Origin: Clostridiales bacterium UBA7001
GTDB taxonomy: Bacteria; Bacillota; Clostridia; TANB77; CAG-508
Length of the DNA stretch: 64,000 bases
Reading direction: 5' to 3'
Assembly: GCA_002449785.1 (NCBI GenBank)
Contig: DJXP01000019.1
Location: 102,676 to 166,675, forward strand
The notes under the pieces are model-generated. The model had not been told where the DNA came from, did not search any database, and saw only the letters and a program-made list of their open reading frames with translations. Of this stretch, positions 47,006-55,614 are shown one piece after another; position 1 is the stretch's first letter; each line of letters begins with the position of its first letter. The translations under genes and the position numbers were made by a program.

Positions 47006-48547
47006 ATGAAAAATCAAAAATATAAAAATAAGGGGTTGAATAGAGTTATTTTCTGTGCTATTTTAGTTTGCACCTTTATTTTTATATTTTTGATTGCTGT
47101 ATTAGTAATTAATAAACATAATAGTGAAGAATACAACTTGTCATATAACAGTTTAACAACTGTAAAGCAAGTTATTGAGTATCATAAATCAAAATATATT
47201 TCGGAAAAAGAAAGTGAAGATCCAGCTTTTTATTTAGACATAAATTTAGAGTTAAAAGTTTTACCATATGATGAAGATGATAAGAGTAATGAAGATTATT
47301 ATAATGCATTATTAAATGATGTTGCAAAAGTAATAAAGTATAATAGTTATAGAATGTTTGATGAGAAAAATGATATTACAATAGAAGTATTATGCAAAAA
47401 TGATGAAATAGAATCAATTATTATTAATGGTATTGAGGATTATTTTATTTATATGGATTTACAAATTAGTATGAAATCATATGAAGAGATACCTATAACC
47501 AATTTAAACATTAGTTCTGAAAAACTAAAAGAATGTAAAAATAATAATTGGAATTCTTTAATTGATTTTGGTACAAGAGAGAGTACATTTAATCAATATA
47601 ATATATATTTTGATGAAGGTATATTTGTAAGAAATATCCAATCAAAAATATATAATATTATTTTTACACGTAATTATAGGGGGAGTGTTATAGATAATAT
47701 ATATCCAGGAATGAACTTAGATGATGTAAAAGATATCCTTGGAAAACCAACTTTTGAAGACGAAGAACTAAATGTAATTGGCTATAAAGGAAATGATATT
47801 TATGCATTTTTTACAAATGATGTGATTTCTATATATGCAATTAAAGATGATTATTATGGAACTGAGCAATTTTTAGATTTATATGAATACTATTTAGATG
47901 GTGATGATAGTGATTTATTGGAATTTATGAACCAATTGACATATACATGGCCAGATTATAGTGAATATAATTATTCTTCAAATTATGTTTTCATAGCATA
48001 TCCTTTAAAAGGTATTGAAATTAAAGTAAATTATGATGACACGAACGGAATTTTGGTGTATAATAATATTAAGGGCGATATTAATAGTATTGAGCCATAT
48101 TTAAAAAATTCAGATTTTATTTCAAGACTACAAATAGATTGTGTATTTGAAGCTGAAAAAAGACGAATAACTGAAGAAAAGGATTTAATAGAAAAAAGTA
48201 AAGATTATATAAATAATATTCAAGATAATGAAAAGAATACAAAAAATGAAAGTTTAGTTTATAATATTTTACCTGAAATGGATTCTAATAATGGTATATA
48301 TTGTATAAAGTTTATTTCCAAAACAGGAGAAAAGCCAAACAGAGAATTATTTGATGGAATAAATGATTATATTTGGATTTCAAATGAATATTTTCTATAT
48401 TCAAAAATTGGAAAGGGTATATTTTTATACAATCTAGAAAATGGTAATGTGCAGAGAATAATTGAAGGAAAAGATGATTATAAGTTTGAAAGTTACAATA
48501 ATGGAATTCTAACATATGATAATGGAAAAACAATTGAACTTAGATAG
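47006..48547 (+). CDS. Single-pass membrane protein, unknown function (paralog B)
   Basis: N-terminal TM helix. 'DDKSNEDYYNALLNDVAKVIKY' matches 'NGKSNENYFKSIVNDISRFYEK' in paralog A. Confidence 0.55.
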   Translation: MKNQKYKNKGLNRVIFCAILVCTFIFIFLIAVLVINKHNSEEYNLSYNSLTTVKQVIEYHKSKYISEKESEDPAFYLDINLELKVLPYDEDDKSNEDYYNALLNDVAKVIKYNSYRMFDEKNDITIEVLCKNDEIESIIINGIEDYFIYMDLQISMKSYEEIPITNLNISSEKLKECKNNNWNSLIDFGTRESTFNQYNIYFDEGIFVRNIQSKIYNIIFTRNYRGSVIDNIYPGMNLDDVKDILGKPTFEDEELNVIGYKGNDIYAFFTNDVISIYAIKDDYYGTEQFLDLYEYYLDGDDSDLLEFMNQLTYTWPDYSEYNYSSNYVFIAYPLKGIEIKVNYDDTNGILVYNNIKGDINSIEPYLKNSDFISRLQIDCVFEAEKRRITEEKDLIEKSKDYINNIQDNEKNTKNESLVYNILPEMDSNNGIYCIKFISKTGEKPNRELFDGINDYIWISNEYFLYSKIGKGIFLYNLENGNVQRIIEGKDDYKFESYNNGILTYDNGKTIELR

Positions 48548-48556
48548 GAGGTAGAA

Positions 48557-51500
48557 ATGGTAGTACTTAGAAATTTACTTAAGAAAATAGTAATATTAAT
48601 AATTATACTAGCTATATTTATTTCTTTTTGTACTACTCCTGCGTCTTATGCTAAATTAGATATTAAGTCAGATGAGTTTTATTACGCTGGAACTCAAAAA
48701 GGTCAATATGTAGCAAAAGAAGGTGTGTTTGATTGGTTAATTAATGCACTTGCTGAAGTTGCAGATTGGATAATTGGTGCAATTTCAATGGCTATTAGAG
48801 CACCTTTTATTGGATGGACAGCTCTTATTGAAAGACTACTTACAGCTGCATTAGATGCTACTTGTGGATTAGATATGAATAATGAAATAAGTAATACAGA
48901 TTTAATGTCTATTGTTACATCAGAAAATAATGTTACTGTTCAAGCAATTGTATACAACCAAGTTCCAGCATTAGATGCAAACTTTTTTAAAACAGAATAT
49001 AATAAAAAATATTCTCCAACAGGTGGAATATTAAGGTGTAAAAAATGTCAGAAAGTATGTAGCGAGTGTTGCCCTGATGGCACATGTACAGGCGGATGTA
49101 CATGTAATGGTTCATGTGATTCTTGTGCTAAATATAAACAATTGTTAGATGCTGAACCAGTAATTATTGAATTAAAAAAATATGTTTCTTTTTGGTATTA
49201 TACAATAAGAATAATAGCATTAGCTGGAATGCTTGCAGTTCTTGTATTTATAGGAATTAAGATAGCATTAAATACAGTTGCTTCTGAAAGAGCAATGTAT
49301 AAAAGAATGTTAGTAGATTGGGTTGTTGGTATTTTAATAATATTTTTAATTCATTATATAATGTATTTTACTATATATATTAATGAAACATTTGTTAATA
49401 TTGTAAAAGAATATGCAACAGATATAAATACACATACTATTCAAAAAATGGAATTAGCTGAAAAAACATCAGATGGATCATCAGCTGAATATACTAGTGA
49501 AGAATTAGAAATAGATATATATGAAGAAATAAGAACTAGAGCTTATGATGCTAAATTAGTTAATGGTTTAATTGGAATGGTTTTATATATGTCTATGGTA
49601 TATATGGCTATACGATATACTTTAGTTTATTTAAAAAGAATGTTTGTAATAGCTGTTTTAATGATTATGGGGCCAGGAGTTGGTTTTGCATATGCACTTC
49701 AAAAAGCATTATCTGGAAGAACAATGGCACTAAAAAAGTGGTTATCAGAATATATAATTAATGTAATTATTCAAACTGTTCATGCAATAATTTATTCTGT
49801 ATTTATTTCAACTGTGTTAGTTTTATCTTTAAAAAATGTTGCTGGAATTGTAGTTGCATTAATTGTTATGAATTTTTCTTTAAAAGCAGAAGATATATTT
49901 AGAAAAGTATTTAATTTAAATTCTAGTGGTTTACTAAAAGAAACTGATAAAGCTGGAAATCTTGAAGAAAGAGCGAGAAATATGTTCGGAACTTATAAAG
50001 GTGCTACAGCAATTGCTAAGAACGTTGGAAATTCATTTTATGGAAAAACAGTTGCAGCAGCTGGAAAAATAGGAGTAGGTGGAGCTATTGTGGCAGCATC
50101 TGCAATAAGAAGTGGATTAAGTAATGGCATACAATCTGCAGTTGCTTCTTCAAATATAAATGCTGCTTCAGAATCAAATGATGATTCTGGTAATGATGAA
50201 GATTTATCTAGTAATAATGCTTCAGGAAATTCAAATTCAGTTCCGAATTATGGTTCAGATGGAATTGCAACTAAAATACCAATTATTGGTAATGCAGTTT
50301 ATCATCATAGAAGAGATAAAGAACTTTCTAATATTTCTTTAGGAGACTTAACAAGTGCTTTTGAAAAAGCTAAAGCAGAATACGAGAAAAATCCAGATGA
50401 TCAGAAGGCTCTTGAAAATTATATATATGCATATAATAATTTAGAAAGAAAGCAAGAATTAAATACAGTAACACATGGTGATGTTTTAAAAGGACATATG
50501 GAAAGACTGTTAGACATAGATAATTATTTTGAATTTAAATTAGATTCAAAAGGAAATAAAGTATATTCCCCTAAAAAGGGTCTATTACTCGGTACAAGTC
50601 ATTATGATTATCAAACAAATAAAATGGTTTCAGATAAAAATTCTGCAATATACCAATTAAGTCCAAAGAATTTACTTGGTTTTACAGATGAAGATAGTAA
50701 AGTATTTAATGAAAATATTGTTAAACCACTTAAAAATGGATTCTTAGGGACAGCTGCAATGTTTGTTGGTTTATCTACATTTGCATTTCACCCTAGACTT
50801 GGAATGGGTCTTCTAGCATATGGTGTACCAAATAAATATGGAGCTTTTAAAAAACTAGGATATATTCCAAGTTTAAATACGTCAGTAAATTATAAAAATA
50901 GAAAATACAATTTTAAGGCATTTTCAACACCAGCATTAAATAATATGAAAGATATTGCTATTGAAAGGATGAGAGCAGAACAAGGACAACTTGCTGTAAA
51001 TAGAATTAGAGAAAAGCATCCAAATTTATTTAAAGGTTTAAGAGCTGGAACAGTAGTAGCTTCTACACTTGTTGGTGGACTTGCAGGAGGAGCTGTAACA
51101 TATTCTGCACTTAAAGCATATGATAGATTTGCTTATGATAAAAGTAGAAGATTAGCAGATGCTAGAGATTCTAAAGGTAGACCTATTATACATAGTATGT
51201 ATGATAAAAGTGAGTATAAAGTTAGAAGAGTAAGTGAAGCAGAAGATGCAATAAATAAACAAAGTTATAAACAATTAAAAGCACAAGAAAAAGAATTTGA
51301 AGAAGATGCTTTAAAAACAATTGCTATGGAAGCTAGTGTAAATACTGAAAAAGAAATTGAAGATTTTGCTGATAATCAAAGAGAAGAAATTCTTGCACAA
51401 ATGGGATATAAATATAATAAAAAGACTGGAGAACTTATTAAAATAAATGAGGAAGGTTCTTTTGGAAGAAATAATGATGATTCTTCTCATGAATCTTCAA

Positions 51501-52768
51501 ATGCTGAGAATTCAAATAATACTAGAAAAAGTTCTACAGATGAAAGTGCAATTGCTAAAGAAGAAATTAAAGAAAAGAAAATTAATGATGCAGAGATAAA
51601 GAAATTAAATGATAGTATTGATGCTATTTTATTAAAAATAGCAAATTCAAAACCTTTAGAGATTAATAGTGAGTCAAAATTAAATCATGTTATTTCAGAA
51701 TTGAATTCTGAACTTATTAAGGCTAATATTATTTCAAAAGATCAAAAAGTTGAAGAATTGTTTAAAGGTGGAAGAAGTGCTTTAGTATCTACAATTAAGA
51801 GAAAAACCAAAAGAGTTAATAAAAAAATAGCTAAAGAAAATGAAATATTTGAAAAAATGAATAATATAGAAAGATCTGCTATAAAAGAGTCTGTTGAAGA
51901 AGCAATTCAAAAAGAACTATCTAAGGGTTCCGAATCTTCAAAAAGTAAGAAAAGTGTGTATGATACTATAAGTAAAGAATCTATTCTAGATAGAATGTTA
52001 AGTAAGGTAGGAGCAGTATTAAATCCAAATGCACAAAATGGTCCAATAGGGTCTAATTCTAATAATCATAGTTCAGATAGTCAGAATAGAGGCAAAGAAA
52101 ATACAGATACAGCTCATACATCTCCAAATGTAGCATCTAGAATTCCAGCAAGTAAAAAAAGCGATTATATGGAAGCTATAAAACAATATTTATTATATAG
52201 AAAAGATGAAGAATCTTCAGATACAAGTGAAAGTACAGCAAAGAAAGTTTCTGGTAGAGAAAAAGAAGAAGTAATGAGTAAAGCAAATGCTGAGGTAGAA
52301 AAAAGGAAAAATAAATTAAAACAAGCTCTTGAGGTTTCTTTAGATACTCCAGAAGAAGGACTTGCTATACTAAGTGCAGATGATGAATTAAATGGTTTAA
52401 ATTCTTCAAAAATATTGGAACAATTATTTGTTATGAAAGAAATTAATAAAAGAGGAAAAGAAATTAAAGTTAAAGGTTCTTCTGCATATAAAAAACAATC
52501 TAAAGCACTTAGTAGTGCTGAGACAGAATATTATAAAACTCAAAGAGATATATTAATGGAAGAGATAAACAATGGCTATCCAAAAGATTTTGATGTATCA
52601 AGTGTAGATTATGATGCATTAAGTATAGAAGAAAAAGTAAAAGTTGACAATTATAGTAGATTAAAAAGGAAATTAGCTGAAAAAGAAAAAACAATGGCAA
52701 AACAAAAGAAAATAAAACAAGAAGCAGGGCCTATTATAAATATTAATCAACTGTTAAATAATTTATAG
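48557..52768 (+). CDS. VirB6/TcpH-like paralog 2 with a Cys-rich loop and a roughly 950-aa C-terminal extension
   Basis: 'ALDANFF', 'LVFIGIKIALNTVASERAMYKRML' and 'WLSEYIINVIIQTVHAIIY'. The extension is low-complexity (S/N/K/E) and contains additional hydrophobic segments. Confidence 0.6.
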   Translation: MVVLRNLLKKIVILIIILAIFISFCTTPASYAKLDIKSDEFYYAGTQKGQYVAKEGVFDWLINALAEVADWIIGAISMAIRAPFIGWTALIERLLTAALDATCGLDMNNEISNTDLMSIVTSENNVTVQAIVYNQVPALDANFFKTEYNKKYSPTGGILRCKKCQKVCSECCPDGTCTGGCTCNGSCDSCAKYKQLLDAEPVIIELKKYVSFWYYTIRIIALAGMLAVLVFIGIKIALNTVASERAMYKRMLVDWVVGILIIFLIHYIMYFTIYINETFVNIVKEYATDINTHTIQKMELAEKTSDGSSAEYTSEELEIDIYEEIRTRAYDAKLVNGLIGMVLYMSMVYMAIRYTLVYLKRMFVIAVLMIMGPGVGFAYALQKALSGRTMALKKWLSEYIINVIIQTVHAIIYSVFISTVLVLSLKNVAGIVVALIVMNFSLKAEDIFRKVFNLNSSGLLKETDKAGNLEERARNMFGTYKGATAIAKNVGNSFYGKTVAAAGKIGVGGAIVAASAIRSGLSNGIQSAVASSNINAASESNDDSGNDEDLSSNNASGNSNSVPNYGSDGIATKIPIIGNAVYHHRRDKELSNISLGDLTSAFEKAKAEYEKNPDDQKALENYIYAYNNLERKQELNTVTHGDVLKGHMERLLDIDNYFEFKLDSKGNKVYSPKKGLLLGTSHYDYQTNKMVSDKNSAIYQLSPKNLLGFTDEDSKVFNENIVKPLKNGFLGTAAMFVGLSTFAFHPRLGMGLLAYGVPNKYGAFKKLGYIPSLNTSVNYKNRKYNFKAFSTPALNNMKDIAIERMRAEQGQLAVNRIREKHPNLFKGLRAGTVVASTLVGGLAGGAVTYSALKAYDRFAYDKSRRLADARDSKGRPIIHSMYDKSEYKVRRVSEAEDAINKQSYKQLKAQEKEFEEDALKTIAMEASVNTEKEIEDFADNQREEILAQMGYKYNKKTGELIKINEEGSFGRNNDDSSHESSNAENSNNTRKSSTDESAIAKEEIKEKKINDAEIKKLNDSIDAILLKIANSKPLEINSESKLNHVISELNSELIKANIISKDQKVEELFKGGRSALVSTIKRKTKRVNKKIAKENEIFEKMNNIERSAIKESVEEAIQKELSKGSESSKSKKSVYDTISKESILDRMLSKVGAVLNPNAQNGPIGSNSNNHSSDSQNRGKENTDTAHTSPNVASRIPASKKSDYMEAIKQYLLYRKDEESSDTSESTAKKVSGREKEEVMSKANAEVEKRKNKLKQALEVSLDTPEEGLAILSADDELNGLNSSKILEQLFVMKEINKRGKEIKVKGSSAYKKQSKALSSAETEYYKTQRDILMEEINNGYPKDFDVSSVDYDALSIEEKVKVDNYSRLKRKLAEKEKTMAKQKKIKQEAGPIININQLLNNL

Positions 52769-52787
52769 AGCTAAGAGAGAAGGTGAA

Positions 52788-55580
52788 ATGTTGAACAAAA
52801 CATTAAAAAAGATTTTAGTGCTAATTTTAATAGTATTATTATTAAATAACTTTATTATAAGTAATGTCGTTTATGCAGCTGGGGAAAGTGAAGTAGAAAA
52901 ATTCTTAACAAAAATGTTAGGAACAGTTGTTGGTTGGTTTACTTACCCTATAAGGCTTGTAGCAATAGGACTCGCTCATGGAATGCAATCACTTACTGCA
53001 TCTGTTGCATATTGCGATACTCCAAGTACAGATGGTGGAAGTGCACAAGATACATCTACAATTAGCCCATATGATATATTATTTAATAAAGTTGGAATGC
53101 TTGATATTAATTTTTTTGATGTAACAAATGAAGATACAATAGTAATGACAATTAGAAGAGGAGTTGCAACTTGGTATAATGCAATGAGATTAGTGGCTTC
53201 AGCAATCTTACTTGCAGTCTTAGTTTATGTTGGTATTAGAATGGCTATTTCAACAATAGCTTCTGATAGAGCAGTATATAATAAAATGCTTACAGATTGG
53301 GCGGTAAGTTTAGCGTTAATATTTTTATTAAGTTTTATTATAGTATTTGTAATTCATGTAAATAGTGCATTAGTTAGCACTATTGAAGCGTTTGTTACTA
53401 GTAATGCTTCTTCATCAAATAATAGTGATAGTATTAATGCAGCTATTGATGCTATTGGAGAAATAGCTACAAGTGGTAGTGTAGATGGAATTGCTGCAAC
53501 TATTGTATATGTCTTAATTGCATGGCAAACATTAGGATTATTAATCTCATATTTTTCTCGTATGCTAAAGCTTGCATTTTTATTAATAATTGCACCACTT
53601 ATCACATTAACATATGCAATAGATAAGATGGGTGATGGAAAAGCTCAAGCATTAAATGCATGGCTAAAAGAATTTATTTTTACAGTTTTAATTCAACCAT
53701 TTCATTGTATTATTTATGCCGTTTTAATTAGTATGTCTTTTGAATTATTAACAAATGATAGTGTAAATAAATTAGCAGCAGGGTTAATAGCAGTATTGTG
53801 TATTAAATTTGTAAAAGAAGCAGAAGATATTGTTAGAAAAATATTTAGCTTTGCTGATGATAATAAGAATACATCTTTAGCAGCAGGAGCTGCAACAGCA
53901 ATGTTAGGAATGAAATATGCTTCTGGTGTAGGAAAATCAGCAGGTATGTTTGCTGGAAAAGCAGTAAATACTGCAACGAATGTCTTTAAAAATAGAGGAG
54001 AAATAATGGCTAACATGGGTGCTAATGCATATGCATTAAGAACAATTGTTGGTAGCGGTGGAAAAACTTTCCAAGAGAGAAAAGATGATTATATGGAAAG
54101 CCATGATAATGCTAGTGCTGATAAAGATGAAAGAAAATTAGATTCATATGAAAAGAAAGATTTAGCAAAAGCAGGTTCAGAAGAGGAAAAAGCTAAAATT
54201 AGGAAAAAATATTCTGCAATGAGAAATAATATGGATAAAGCTGTTTCAGCTAGAGCTGCGGCGTTAATGAATAGTGACCCAACATTAACAGCTAGTCGTG
54301 CTAAAGCAAGAGCAAGAAGTGAAATGGCTAAGCAATATAGAACACAGGAAAAAAATAGTAGAGAATCAGGTACTTTAAGGAGTATTAAAGGATTTACTAG
54401 TGGTGCTGTAAACGGCTTTAGAAATTCACAAGTTGTTAAAGAAATTGGAAAAATGGCGAAATTCCAAGCTGGAGCTGGCGTTGCAGTATTTATGGGGGCT
54501 GAAAGTTATGCTAATGACGGAAATGCATTTGCAGCAATAGGTTCTGGAGTAGCTTCATATAAAGCTGTAAGTTCTGGTGTTGATTCATTTTTCCAACAAA
54601 CTGGTGGCACTCTTGCTCAAAACACAAAAAATAATTTTGTTGCTTTAGGTGCAACAGACTCAACTAAAATAATGGAAATTGCAAATAGAATTATGGCTAA
54701 TGGTGATGATTATGAAGATGGAGATAAATTAAAAGAATTAGTTGATGATTTGAAAGAACAATTAAGAAAAGCAGGTTTAGACGAAAAACAAGTTTCAAAT
54801 ATACATAATCATATTAAAAAAGGTATTGCTTCAGGGACACCATTTAATCCAGATACACTCGTAAAAGGAATTTTAGGTGAAAGTAAAACAAATCCAGCAA
54901 TTTTACAAGCATCTAGAAAATTAAGTAATTTTGAGAACGAAAAGAATATTTATAATGCTATGAAGACATCTGAAGATCTTGGAAGAAGTAATGCAACATT
55001 TATATCAGATATTACAGGGCGTACTACTGATAAAGACTTTAGAGATGCAAAAGCATTCGTATATGATGATTCTACTGATATAGAATCTAGTGCAAGAACT
55101 GAAGATATGGACTTTTCAGGTATGAGTGTAGATGAAAAGAAAAATGCTCAAAGAGATATAGATAGAGCATTAGAAAATGCTAAAAAACAACAAGATAGTC
55201 AAAGGGGTTATGGCGTTGAATCTAGTGCATTAGAAAGAGAAATTGAACAATTAGAAAAGAATAAATTAAAAGTACAGATGGAATTAAAAATAGAATTTGA
55301 GAAAAATGCTAGAGAATTAAGTAAACAACTAGTAGAAATCAAAAAGGAAATTTCAAAAGAAGTAGCTAAAGAAAAAGCAAAACTAGTTCTTGACAAAGAA
55401 ACATTTATGAGAGAAATAGAAAGAGAAGCAGCAAATAGAGAAAAAGAAATTGAGGATTTGAAAAGATCTGCTGAAACTATTGAGATACCAGGAATTAGAC
55501 AAAAAATTGCTTTAAAAGAAAATGAATTAAATATATTTAAAAATAATTCAACTGCAGTAATTAATGAAGTAAAAGAATAA
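52788..55580 (+). CDS. VirB6/TcpH-like paralog 3 with a roughly 570-aa C-terminal extension
   Basis: 'MLDINFF', 'LVYVGIRMAISTIASDRAVYNKML' and 'LTYAIDKMGDGKAQALNAWLKEFIFTVLIQPFHCIIY'. The C-terminus is a K/E coiled coil. Confidence 0.65.
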   Translation: MLNKTLKKILVLILIVLLLNNFIISNVVYAAGESEVEKFLTKMLGTVVGWFTYPIRLVAIGLAHGMQSLTASVAYCDTPSTDGGSAQDTSTISPYDILFNKVGMLDINFFDVTNEDTIVMTIRRGVATWYNAMRLVASAILLAVLVYVGIRMAISTIASDRAVYNKMLTDWAVSLALIFLLSFIIVFVIHVNSALVSTIEAFVTSNASSSNNSDSINAAIDAIGEIATSGSVDGIAATIVYVLIAWQTLGLLISYFSRMLKLAFLLIIAPLITLTYAIDKMGDGKAQALNAWLKEFIFTVLIQPFHCIIYAVLISMSFELLTNDSVNKLAAGLIAVLCIKFVKEAEDIVRKIFSFADDNKNTSLAAGAATAMLGMKYASGVGKSAGMFAGKAVNTATNVFKNRGEIMANMGANAYALRTIVGSGGKTFQERKDDYMESHDNASADKDERKLDSYEKKDLAKAGSEEEKAKIRKKYSAMRNNMDKAVSARAAALMNSDPTLTASRAKARARSEMAKQYRTQEKNSRESGTLRSIKGFTSGAVNGFRNSQVVKEIGKMAKFQAGAGVAVFMGAESYANDGNAFAAIGSGVASYKAVSSGVDSFFQQTGGTLAQNTKNNFVALGATDSTKIMEIANRIMANGDDYEDGDKLKELVDDLKEQLRKAGLDEKQVSNIHNHIKKGIASGTPFNPDTLVKGILGESKTNPAILQASRKLSNFENEKNIYNAMKTSEDLGRSNATFISDITGRTTDKDFRDAKAFVYDDSTDIESSARTEDMDFSGMSVDEKKNAQRDIDRALENAKKQQDSQRGYGVESSALEREIEQLEKNKLKVQMELKIEFEKNARELSKQLVEIKKEISKEVAKEKAKLVLDKETFMREIEREAANREKEIEDLKRSAETIEIPGIRQKIALKENELNIFKNNSTAVINEVKE

Positions 55581-55614
55581 TTTATCAATTAAAAATATGA
55601 GAAAGGGGCTTAAA

